The position numbers were made by a program, and so were the translations under genes. A stretch of 64,000 nucleotides of DNA. Origin: Candidatus Firestoneibacteriota bacterium. GTDB lineage: Bacteria > Oederibacteriota > D2-FULL-39-29 > CAIOVX01. The stretch lies in the NCBI GenBank assembly GCA_903861835.1, contig CAIOVX010000011.1, positions 66,122-130,121 of the forward strand, read 5' to 3'. The notes beneath the pieces are model-generated. The model was not told the DNA's origin and did not search any database. It saw only the letters and a list, made by a program, of their open reading frames with translations. Positions 36,714-45,520 of this stretch are shown here, in pieces. Numbering within the stretch: the first letter of the stretch is position 1; each line of letters begins with the position of its first letter.

Positions 36714-39070
36714 GAACCAAAACCGCGGCATACACCGGAGCGGGGTTGCTCATAGCGGCTCTTTCATTCTATCTGCTTACCGTCTGTCCGGTAGTCTATG
36801 TGGGTGATACCGGCGAACTGGTTTCGGCGGCCTATACTCTGGGTATACCGCATCCTCCGGGCTATCCTCTATTCTGTCTTTCCGGCAAAGCCCTGACCTG
36901 CCTGCCTGCCGGGAGTATTGCTTTCAGAGTGAACCTGCTTGCCGCTTTAATGGCAGCGCTCGCTGTCTTGATGTTCTTCCTGCTTTCAAAAAGAGTTTTT
37001 AAAGTTGAGGGAAACTTTAAGGTACTCCTTCTGTTGCTCCTTAGCTTTGTTGCAGCCTCTTCAAGAGTATTCTGGAACCAGTCCGGCATGGCAAAAGGCG
37101 CCCTCTATACTATGACTGCATTTTTGCTCCTATCCTCGGTCTTTGCTTTGGAAGCGTGGAGAAAAAACGGCAGGAATAAGCACTTTATTGTTGCCGCTTT
37201 TCTGGCAGGTCTTTCTGTTGTAAGCCATCAGACGGCGCTGGTCTTTCTTCCGGCCTTTGCAATTTACACGGTTTTTATCTCCATTGAAAAGAAAACTCAC
37301 TATACGGTTTTTATTTTGGGAGCGGCTGCGTTCTCGGCCGGCCTTTCCGTATTCTTTTACCTTATGCTAAGCGCGGCCGGCTACCCTGCCGTAAACTGCG
37401 GCAATCCTTCAACTATTCAGGGAATGCTGCAGCATGTTCTGCGCTCGCAATACGGCGGGCTTACGAAATACCCCAGATCCTTCGAACTCTTTGCTCAAGA
37501 ATTGAGAGCCTGTTTTATAATCTTTACGGCGCAGTTCCCTGTTTGGGTCCTATTTCTGCCGTTCTTAGGTATTCTAGTTTCATGGAGAAAGCAGCTGCCC
37601 CTGCGCTTACTTTCCGCGATTATTATAACAGCCCTCGTTTTCGGACTAATGCTCGGCACTGTCTATGATATTACGGCGGCGATGCTGGAGACTACTGCGG
37701 TTTTTATGCTCCCGGCTTATTTCTTCCTGTGGCTCTGGGCATATCCGGGAGCCGAAAAACTGCTTGGAGACAAGAAACCGGTCTATCTGAAGCTTCTTCT
37801 CTTGCTGCTTGCAATTTCTGCCGTGTTTTACAATGTCTGCGTAAACGGCTCCTATAATGATAAGAGCTCCAATCTCATGGCCGAGAGATATGCGGTTGAC
37901 ACGCTCAGGTCATGTCCCCGTGATTCGGTTATCTTTATGTCGGAAGACAGTCCTATGTATCAGTTGCTTTACGCGAAGACGGTGAACGGAGCTAGACCGG
38001 ATGTTAAGATAGTCGATGAGACAGCAACGGCTTTCAGGACGGTCCTTAGAGAAAGCGACAGAGGTGTTGTTTTTAAGGGTGAAGTATTAAGGCGGGCCTC
38101 GGAATATATGCAGAGCGCGCTTAAGAACGGAATACCTGTACTTTGCACCTCGGAAAGCTCCTTCCTTAACACAAGCAAGTCGGAGCGAACTCCTTCAGGG
38201 CTGCTGTATTTGATGAAAGGCCCTAATATGCGTTCCGGACCCGTAACGGATTTTTGGGAGAACTGCGAGATCCCGGAACCTTCGCCAAAAAGCGATGTCT
38301 TTAACAAAGACATGTACGCCCGGTATCATTTCATGAAGGCGGAAAGCCTCTTTGAGCGCGGAAATAAAAAAAGTTTTATTGAGGAAATGAAAAAAGCGGA
38401 AAGTCTCTCTCGGGATATGGACTGGGTCCGTTCAGAGATGGCTATCATTTACGGAAACAGAGGATTTAAGGCAGAGAGCCTCTCAGCCTATGAGTCAGCC
38501 GCGGCTCTTTTTAGGAATTCTGCCGAAAGAAGGAATAACCTCGCTAATGCCTACCTTGCCGCCGGGCGGATAGCCGAAGCCACAAAGGAATTTGAAGCCG
38601 CCTGCGCTCTGGATAAGAACCTCGCAGCGCCTCGTCATAATCTCGGCAATGCCTATCTCGCGGCCGGAAAGAGAGAAGAGGCGCGAGCTGTTTACGAAGA
38701 AGCCGCGCGGCTTGGTCAGAAGGAAAGCCTTGACGCTCTGAATAACCTTGCCGGCGATCTTGAGAAAAAAGGAATGAATGAGCAGGCCTTTCAGGAATAC
38801 ATTCATATACTTGCAATAGACAAAGGATATGTTTTTGCCTGGATTAACGCGGGAAATATATTTTACAGCCAGAACAAGCTTGATGACGCCATCCGCTTCT
38901 ATTCAAACGCGGCGGCAGTCAGGCCTGATTACCCTGAAGGCTATTTCAATCTTGGAGTTGCGTACTACAAGAAAGGAGACCTTGCCTCGGCTAAGCAGTA
39001 TTGGCAAAAGACATTGCAGATAGCTCCGGCGCACGCAGGAGCGCTTAATGCGGTTAAATTGGTAAAGTAG
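36710..39070 (+). CDS. DUF2723 (TMEM260-like) GT-C-fold membrane protein fused to C-terminal TPR repeats (paralog 1)
   Basis: N-terminal polytopic domain (about 11 TM helices) with the conserved YVGDTGE...HPPGYPLF loop motif. The C-terminal ~300 aa is made of TPR units. Its start overlaps the tadA stop. Confidence 0.6.
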   Translation: MRTKTAAYTGAGLLIAALSFYLLTVCPVVYVGDTGELVSAAYTLGIPHPPGYPLFCLSGKALTCLPAGSIAFRVNLLAALMAALAVLMFFLLSKRVFKVEGNFKVLLLLLLSFVAASSRVFWNQSGMAKGALYTMTAFLLLSSVFALEAWRKNGRNKHFIVAAFLAGLSVVSHQTALVFLPAFAIYTVFISIEKKTHYTVFILGAAAFSAGLSVFFYLMLSAAGYPAVNCGNPSTIQGMLQHVLRSQYGGLTKYPRSFELFAQELRACFIIFTAQFPVWVLFLPFLGILVSWRKQLPLRLLSAIIITALVFGLMLGTVYDITAAMLETTAVFMLPAYFFLWLWAYPGAEKLLGDKKPVYLKLLLLLLAISAVFYNVCVNGSYNDKSSNLMAERYAVDTLRSCPRDSVIFMSEDSPMYQLLYAKTVNGARPDVKIVDETATAFRTVLRESDRGVVFKGEVLRRASEYMQSALKNGIPVLCTSESSFLNTSKSERTPSGLLYLMKGPNMRSGPVTDFWENCEIPEPSPKSDVFNKDMYARYHFMKAESLFERGNKKSFIEEMKKAESLSRDMDWVRSEMAIIYGNRGFKAESLSAYESAAALFRNSAERRNNLANAYLAAGRIAEATKEFEAACALDKNLAAPRHNLGNAYLAAGKREEARAVYEEAARLGQKESLDALNNLAGDLEKKGMNEQAFQEYIHILAIDKGYVFAWINAGNIFYSQNKLDDAIRFYSNAAAVRPDYPEGYFNLGVAYYKKGDLASAKQYWQKTLQIAPAHAGALNAVKLVK

Positions 39071-39234
39071 ACGGTGGACGGATGGCAGTGGACAGCTAGA
39101 CGATGCACAATGGCTTCTAATAAACCTGCGTAAGAGTATGGAGTGCAACGTCAATGACGTTGCGCTATAGGGTGCATCGTTGCAAATGGCAGATGCTCGG
39201 ATGTTCGCAAAACATAATTGATGAGAACAACCAG

Positions 39235-41607
39235 CTACTTTAAAGAACGGAGGGCGGATCGTATATATTCATTCCCAGGATTCTCTTTTAGAAGCCCTTC
39301 AAGGAATTCAACGCCGGACTTTGTATCGTTGAGCTGCCTGATAACCATAAGTAGATTAGAGACAGCATCCTTGTAGTTTGGGTCAAGCCTGACCGCGGTT
39401 TTATAGGCAGAGGATGCGTCTTGAAACCGTCCGAGACTGTAAAGCGAAGCCCCGACCGCGTTCCAGCCGTAAGCAAAATTCGGGTTTAAGGCCACAGTTT
39501 TCGCGTAAAAGTCGAGAGCCCGCTTGAAATCACCTGTCCCGAAAAAAGTATTTCCCAGCGCGTAGTAAGCATCGGTGTATGTGGGATTTAATTCAACGCA
39601 TTTGGTGAAACAGTTCTCGGCTTCCTTAATATTCTTTTTTGCCAGGTGAGTCACTCCGAGATTGAAGTAGGACTTGAAGTATTTGCCGTCAAGCTCTATC
39701 GCTTTTTGGTATTCCGCGATGGATTCGTCAAGTTTGCCTGCTCCGTAGTACGCGGTCCCAAGATTATTGTACAGGTCGGCCGAGACAGCCCCGCCCTTAA
39801 TGACATTCTCGTAGAAGGGGATTGCTTTGTCGGGCGATATTCGCGCGACGGCCTGCCCGATAGAGTTCTGGATCATGGGACTGTCGTAGGAAGTGTCCAT
39901 TGCTTTCAGGTATTCCTGCATTGCGTCTTTTGAACGCCCCTGCGCGGCGAACTGGTCTCCGTTCGTCATATAATACTGCCCGATGAGCTCGCGGCAGAAA
40001 TAGTCCATATAGATGCTTTTGTCTCCCAGGCCCTTGAGGGAGTAATTGAAGTGTTTCCCGGAAGTTCCTCCCCCGACCCTTTTGAGAATGCCCTCATAGT
40101 GCAGCCTCAGGTCATCCATATTGTCGATATTGCTTCCTGGGTAGCAATAGATGACGCGCCCGGAGGTATTTACTATCTGCCGCTGTACCTCGTTGAGCCT
40201 TTTTTGGTAAATACCGGTAGCCATTCTGAGGAAATCCTCGCCGTAAATATTCTTGAAGACTCTTCCGTAATCATCAAAAATCTCAAGATCCTCTCTGGCC
40301 TTCTCTACCATATGAAGATACGCAGGGATAAATGTGGGGTTATCTCCCGAGAGAAAGAGTACTGCGCCTTTTTCCGGAGTCTTAAGGATATTAATTCCGA
40401 AATCATAGGCAATGGTGTTGCGGCTCCTGTCAATGAGACGGTAATTTTGGGCCAGCGGAAGCAGCATGCAGATGGCCGCAGCTGCGGTTATTAAAATGCC
40501 AATATTTCCGCCGCGCGCAAGGTCAAGAAAGAAGAGGATTCCGAAGAAAAGCCAGGCCGCGCACACCAGATAGGAGGGTATGAAGAATACTTCGTTAACA
40601 TACAGATCCATCGCGCTCCATTTAAAGTTGCTCATGAGGATTAGGCCGAGGCTGGTGAGAAGGAAAGTTATTAAAAGGATGAGGAAGATTCCTCTGCCCG
40701 CTTTTTTGTAACAATACCACGCGCCCGGGATAATAAGCCAGATTGTGAATGCGGAAAACTGAGTGGTCATGAATTTAAGATAAGTCCAGAGCTGCCCAAG
40801 GAATACAGAGAAGCTTCTTGCTTCAAACCCCAAGGCATATTGTTTCCTGAGAACATGATTGAGAAAGTTGTAAAAACTAGCGGGGTGCCCCCAATCAATA
40901 GGAGGGTTTGCGGCTGACCTGAGAGGCAAATACATGTAGATTAAGAGAGCAAAAGCAAGCGCGAGAGTGCCGCAGTAGAGACCCTGTGTTGTGATGCTAA
41001 ACGCTCTTTGTACACGGTCCTTTATTCCTGAGGTGACGAGGTATAGAGCGTAAAGGATTACGAAGGGAATAAGGGGCACAATTGTATTGTGATTTGCAAG
41101 TCCAAAGCCGGAAATCACCGCCAGTAATGTCAGGTTTTTTAGCCGGTATATTCCGGTATCTTTCTTTATTTTTAGAAGCATCAGTAACAGTAAGGCGGTG
41201 ATGAAGGCATTAAGCCCGTATAGCCCGCCTTTGGTCATTAGGGCCTGGGACCAGAACGTTCTTGAAAAAGCAAAAGCAAGGGATGCGAATGCCGCCGCCA
41301 AAGAAAGAGTAAGGCTGCCGGCGAAGGACGAGAGGAAAAGATACAGTGTTGACACAGCCAGTGCCGAGAAGACCGCAGCCGTAAGATTAACCCTTAAAGC
41401 AATTGTGCCTGCAGGAATAAATGACATTATTTTGCCTGACATGCAATAGAGCGGGTATCCCGGCGGATGAGCTATGCCCAGAGTGTAGGCCGCGGCTATC
41501 ATTTCTCCTGAATCTCCGACATAGACAGTAGGGCATACGGTTAGAAGGTAGGCTATGAACGCAGTCATAAAGACAAGAGACGGTATGGACTGCTTTAGTT
41601 TGGTCAT
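39235..41607 (-). CDS. DUF2723 (TMEM260-like) GT-C-fold membrane protein fused to TPR repeats (paralog 2)
   Basis: Same architecture and N-terminal motif (YVGDSGEMIAAAYTLGIAHPPGYPLY), with C-terminal TPR units. Confidence 0.6.
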   Translation of the reverse strand: MTKLKQSIPSLVFMTAFIAYLLTVCPTVYVGDSGEMIAAAYTLGIAHPPGYPLYCMSGKIMSFIPAGTIALRVNLTAAVFSALAVSTLYLFLSSFAGSLTLSLAAAFASLAFAFSRTFWSQALMTKGGLYGLNAFITALLLLMLLKIKKDTGIYRLKNLTLLAVISGFGLANHNTIVPLIPFVILYALYLVTSGIKDRVQRAFSITTQGLYCGTLALAFALLIYMYLPLRSAANPPIDWGHPASFYNFLNHVLRKQYALGFEARSFSVFLGQLWTYLKFMTTQFSAFTIWLIIPGAWYCYKKAGRGIFLILLITFLLTSLGLILMSNFKWSAMDLYVNEVFFIPSYLVCAAWLFFGILFFLDLARGGNIGILITAAAAICMLLPLAQNYRLIDRSRNTIAYDFGINILKTPEKGAVLFLSGDNPTFIPAYLHMVEKAREDLEIFDDYGRVFKNIYGEDFLRMATGIYQKRLNEVQRQIVNTSGRVIYCYPGSNIDNMDDLRLHYEGILKRVGGGTSGKHFNYSLKGLGDKSIYMDYFCRELIGQYYMTNGDQFAAQGRSKDAMQEYLKAMDTSYDSPMIQNSIGQAVARISPDKAIPFYENVIKGGAVSADLYNNLGTAYYGAGKLDESIAEYQKAIELDGKYFKSYFNLGVTHLAKKNIKEAENCFTKCVELNPTYTDAYYALGNTFFGTGDFKRALDFYAKTVALNPNFAYGWNAVGASLYSLGRFQDASSAYKTAVRLDPNYKDAVSNLLMVIRQLNDTKSGVEFLEGLLKENPGNEYIRSALRSLK

Positions 41608-41661
41608 AAGTTAAAATATCATATAAACTGCGTGTTTGAAAGAAAAAATAGAGGTTGGCGG

Positions 41662-41689
41662 TTGCATTAGCCAAAAAATTTGCTATAAT
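41662..41689 (+). promoter_or_regulatory. Candidate promoter for ssrA
   Basis: TTGCAT, a 16-nt spacer, then TATAAT, about 110 nt upstream of the mature tmRNA 5' end. Confidence 0.35.
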
Positions 41690-41798
41690 GCACCTGTAGT
41701 TTCTCCGTTCCTTGAGATTCCTGGAGCAATTTGTTTTTATTGTCTGTTTTTGAATTTAATTAGTAATTAGCAATTAGTAATCAGCAATTGTTTCAACT

Positions 41799-42143
41799 GG
41801 GGGTGTACGGATTCGACGGGGGTATTGAACTGCGTGACGCATGCAGAGGTGCTGTCAACCTCTTTAAACAGGCGGCAAAAAACAATCGCTAACAACAACT
41901 TAGCGCTGGCTGCTTAAGTAGCCACGTTCTGCGGGCCTTGCCTGCGTGGTTTGCAGAACGCCATATTAGCAGGCTAGGGCCGGCTTTGTACTCAGGGAAG
42001 AAGGCCCGAAACAAAACCTGAGTTTGCCGTTGCGGACCCTGTCTTTGGGGGACGCGGCGTCGAGACTAAAACAAAGAACAAGCATGTAGTGTCAGGCACG
42101 GATGTACTTTCGGACGCGGGTTCAATTCCCGCCACCTCCACCA
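41799..42143 (+). ncRNA. ssrA: tmRNA (SsrA), one-piece, tag ending ...ANNNLALAA*
   Basis: The 5' GGGGGTGTACGGATTCGACGGGG and the 3' tRNA-like end GGACGCGGGTTCAATTCCCGCCACCTCCACCA form an acceptor stem with a G3-U wobble, a T-arm GCGGG/TTCAATT/CCCGC and a terminal CCA. The internal ORF GCT AAC AAC AAC TTA GCG CTG GCT GCT TAA encodes ANNNLALAA. Confidence 0.85.
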
Positions 42144-42510
42144 TTAAATACGATTACTAATTGCTGATTGCTAATTGCTAATTAAAATCAAAAACTCCCG
42201 GGATTTGAAGGATTGTTACGGTAGTGTCAGGCACGGATGTACTTTCGGACCGGGTTCGACTATAGTACTTGCGAGCGATGAGCAGCGAAGCCGCGAGTCG
42301 GGTGCGAGCAAGTGTTCCCGCCACCTCCACCATTAAATACGATTACTAATTGCTGATTGCTAATTGCTAATTAAAATCAAAAACTCCCGGGATTTGAAGG
42401 ATTGTTACGGTAGTGTCAGGCACGGATGTACTTTCGGACCGGGTTCGACTATGGTACTTGCGAGCGACGAGCAGCGAAACCGCGAGTCGGTGCGAGCAAG
42501 TGTTCCGGTA
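42144..42510 (+). repeat. Two tandem ~189-nt units, each carrying a partial copy of the tmRNA 3' end with a ~57-nt insertion in the T-loop. The units are flanked by heptamer microrepeats.
   Basis: Unit 1 is 42144-42332 and unit 2 is 42333-~42510. They are about 97% identical to each other. Each contains GTAGTGTCAGGCACGGATGTACTTTCGGAC, identical to tmRNA nt 42086-42116, then CGGGTTC, a 57-nt insert, then TCCCGCCACCTCCACCA (unit 2 is truncated before this). TAATTGC-type 7-mer tandem repeats lie before the tmRNA and between units. AATAACT 7-mers follow unit 2. Confidence 0.8.
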
Positions 42511-42585
42511 TAAAGGCAATAACTAATAACTGATAACTAATAACTAATAGCTAATAAAGGTCAAAAACTTTGGGTTGGTGAGTTT

Positions 42586-44175
42586 TTATGGTTGCTTAAC
42601 GGGTGGTGTCGGAAAAATTACTTCCGACAATTGGTTTGAGTTGAAGAAGAATAGTCTGCCTTCCTTGAAGATTAAAGCGCCGTATTTCTGGCGTCTCTGC
42701 GACTGCAGGTCAAGTTTTGCTTTGGCTACTAGCCCGCCTTTGTTCAGCGCGAAAACAGCTGATTCAAGGGCGTCGTAAACATAGAAATTGCCCTCCGTGC
42801 CTGCTGCCACTGAAACCGGCCATTTGCTCTCGAAACTGAAAGACATCAGGGCTTTTCCGGAAGGATCCAGCATAATAAAACTTTTGTTGAGCGTATTTAT
42901 CACGCCTATATTTAAGACTGCATCTACTGCGAGCGGTCCGGGATTGAAATATTCTCCGGGTTTTATCTCCTGCAAGGTTTTTCCTGCCGTATCAAGTTTC
43001 CTTATCAGGTTTCTGCCGGTCTCCGATACATAGACAGCGTCGTCAGGACCGACTGCCAACTGCAGCGGCCAGTCAAATCCCTTAAAATCTGAAAGGAATT
43101 TACCGCCGGCATCGAAGCTCTCTATTCTTCCGTTAAAGGAGTCTGAGACATAGATATTCCCTTTTGCGTCAAGGCCGATTCCTTTAGCCCCGCAAAAAAG
43201 GCCGGGCCCTGTGCCGTGCCCGCCGAAAGCCGCTGAGATGCCATCTTTCGAAACTTTCATGTAAAAGTCTCCGCTGAAGTCGGTGCAATACACCTCACCG
43301 TCTTTTCCCGCGGCCGCAGCGAAAATCTTATATGCCCAAAGGTCTCTGTGTCCTTCTGTTTTAAACGTTATTTCTTTGCCTGCGGAATTTAGCTCAACGG
43401 TTCCTTTTTCATCGTCATTTACCGCTATATCGCCCTGCTTGTTGATGGCAATAAGAGTAGGACGGTTATAGTAGAACCTGTTTTTATAGTAATTCTTGAA
43501 TTTGCCGTCAGCAGCATAAATCTTTACCGACCTATCAAGAAAGTCGCAGATATAAATGCTTCCGTCGGGATGCAGAGCCGCGTCGGAAACGGAGAGAAGT
43601 TTTTCAGAGAACTTGACGAGGAAGGCGCCGTCTTTGCTGTATCGTTTTACACAAATATTGCCCGGGTCGGTAACAAAAATTGAGTTGTTGCTGCCCTTGA
43701 AGATATGAAACGGATTGAGAAAATCCGAGTCTCCGTATCCTCGTTTTCCGAACTTGAAGAGGAAGGAACCTTCCTTATCAAAAACTTTTATGCAATTGTT
43801 CCCTGTATCGGATACCACTATGCGGCCGGCTTCATCGCAAAAGACCCCGAGAGGTCTGAGCAGGGAGGAGTCCGAGTTGCCTTTACCGCCGAAAGAGCTT
43901 ACAAGCTGGCCTTTATCGTCCAATATCTTGATTGTCGAATTGCCGCTGTCGGCGACGAGAAGATTTCCGCCCGGAAGGATGTCTAGCCCGAACGGCCGGA
44001 ATAAGTCCTCGGCTACGGTATTAACTTTTCCGTCAGCCCGTATTTCTATTTGATCACGTGTCAGCAGGCATATTTCGTTTTTACCGGTCAGATACATGGA
44101 ATTATAATGCGCCAACGCAGGAAAAGAAATCAGCGCCAGTATGAAGGCAACAAACTTATTCATTTCTGACCGCAC
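42586..44175 (-). CDS. Secreted NHL-repeat beta-propeller protein
   Basis: Signal peptide (ALISFPALA). Multiple NHL-like ~40-aa repeats (..G.FC/D..G.IYV.D..N.RI..FD..G.F...FG..G). Confidence 0.65.
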   Translation of the reverse strand: MRSEMNKFVAFILALISFPALAHYNSMYLTGKNEICLLTRDQIEIRADGKVNTVAEDLFRPFGLDILPGGNLLVADSGNSTIKILDDKGQLVSSFGGKGNSDSSLLRPLGVFCDEAGRIVVSDTGNNCIKVFDKEGSFLFKFGKRGYGDSDFLNPFHIFKGSNNSIFVTDPGNICVKRYSKDGAFLVKFSEKLLSVSDAALHPDGSIYICDFLDRSVKIYAADGKFKNYYKNRFYYNRPTLIAINKQGDIAVNDDEKGTVELNSAGKEITFKTEGHRDLWAYKIFAAAAGKDGEVYCTDFSGDFYMKVSKDGISAAFGGHGTGPGLFCGAKGIGLDAKGNIYVSDSFNGRIESFDAGGKFLSDFKGFDWPLQLAVGPDDAVYVSETGRNLIRKLDTAGKTLQEIKPGEYFNPGPLAVDAVLNIGVINTLNKSFIMLDPSGKALMSFSFESKWPVSVAAGTEGNFYVYDALESAVFALNKGGLVAKAKLDLQSQRRQKYGALIFKEGRLFFFNSNQLSEVIFPTPPVKQP

Positions 44176-45520
44176 CCCAGTTTGATTTGAAATTTATGAG
44201 TTTGTTCTTGCCGTCCCTAACCGTTATCTCAATAATATCCTCAGGCTTAAGGTCGCTGCCGGAGAGCTTTGCTTTCAGAAACTGCCCTCCTGTCTCGGCC
44301 TGAGGCGGAAGCGGGTATTTGAGCCCGTTTATGAGCAGTTCAAGTTCTGTTCTAATGCTCGTTCTTCTGTCGGTAAGGAAGGCATTAATATTAATATTTA
44401 AAGCGGCGTCTTTGCGCACATTAAGAGCGCATTCTTTTGTGGCTTTGATGAATCCCCCGGTTGAGTTTAAAGGATACCAGTACTCGCTCCAGGAAACTGA
44501 TTTTCCGGGCTGCATTACGGTATAATCGTCCTGGGATTCGGTCAAGCCCGCGAAGAGTTCATAATAGATCTTCGGGTTAGAGGAATACATTTTGACAGGT
44601 GGATTGTTTCTCTGAAAACACCAGAGTTTAGAACCTTTTGCCGTTTCATGCGGGAAAACGCGTACAATACCTTCGTGCTTTCCCCGGTCGTAACTTCCGA
44701 GAAAATCTTCCTGCTGTTTTAATTGGAATAAACCCTGTTGATCATCCCAATTTGAGAAAAAGCTGTAGTCGACTCCGTCATAAATAGGCCAGCCAATAAC
44801 CTGGCGCATTGGCCAGCCGTACATATCCCCGTGCATAACCATCCTGTCTGCAGGGAAAGTAAATTCAACCTCATCGGTTTGTTCCATGCTGCAGCAGAGC
44901 CAGTAATAAAATCTTCTGGAATAGGGAGTGGGATTCTCAATTGTTATCTTGAATTCAACATAGGAAGCTTCCTCGCGGATAATGTTCTCGACTGTGAGTT
45001 TTAAATCAGTCTCGAGGTCCGTCATCCAGGTGATAAAAGAAACGCTGCCGTCCTGGTTTTTGCGGGTATAGTAATCCCACGGAATTGTGTCAGAAGGCGA
45101 GTGCGCGTAGGAAGGGAAGCCGTGTTTGAAGCCGCCGAGAACGGTAATGTAGCCTGCTCCCCGTGAATAGAGTGTGGCAGGTTTTGTGGAAGCGGTATCA
45201 TACAGAACCTCCTTCCCGGAGAGTTTGTCGAAGAGCTTGTAAAGCCTGCCGCCGTGGGAGGGAAGAAATGTCGCCTTTATGCGCTCGTTTTCTATTGCTA
45301 CAGTTTTAAAATCCTTTTTCGCTGAGATACCTACCGGGAAAGTTTCATCAGGCAGGTCAATCCTCGGATAAGGATAGCATTGCTCCCAGGGCCCTGAAGG
45401 ATATAAGAAGTTTTCAAATTTGTAGGTTGTGATAGAGGTCTTGTCTTCGGAAATGGTTACATCCGCGAAAACAGAGAGGTATAGTATAGATACAAGCGCC
45501 GCAAGCAAGAACCTTCTCAT
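44156..45520 (-). CDS. Secreted hypothetical protein, possibly with a galactose-mutarotase-like fold
   Basis: Signal peptide. The weak pattern KATFLPSHGGRLYKLFDKLSGKEVLY resembles aldose-epimerase-like beta-sandwich folds. Its start codon overlaps the stop of the upstream DUF2723-TPR gene, so they are co-operonic. Confidence 0.4.
   Translation of the reverse strand: MRRFLLAALVSILYLSVFADVTISEDKTSITTYKFENFLYPSGPWEQCYPYPRIDLPDETFPVGISAKKDFKTVAIENERIKATFLPSHGGRLYKLFDKLSGKEVLYDTASTKPATLYSRGAGYITVLGGFKHGFPSYAHSPSDTIPWDYYTRKNQDGSVSFITWMTDLETDLKLTVENIIREEASYVEFKITIENPTPYSRRFYYWLCCSMEQTDEVEFTFPADRMVMHGDMYGWPMRQVIGWPIYDGVDYSFFSNWDDQQGLFQLKQQEDFLGSYDRGKHEGIVRVFPHETAKGSKLWCFQRNNPPVKMYSSNPKIYYELFAGLTESQDDYTVMQPGKSVSWSEYWYPLNSTGGFIKATKECALNVRKDAALNININAFLTDRRTSIRTELELLINGLKYPLPPQAETGGQFLKAKLSGSDLKPEDIIEITVRDGKNKLINFKSNWGAVRNE

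Noticed and set aside
42144-42510. Possibility that the tandem units are a CRISPR array
   Set aside because: The repeat unit is ~189 nt with internal tmRNA homology. There are no short, regularly spaced direct repeats with unique spacers, and no cas genes nearby.
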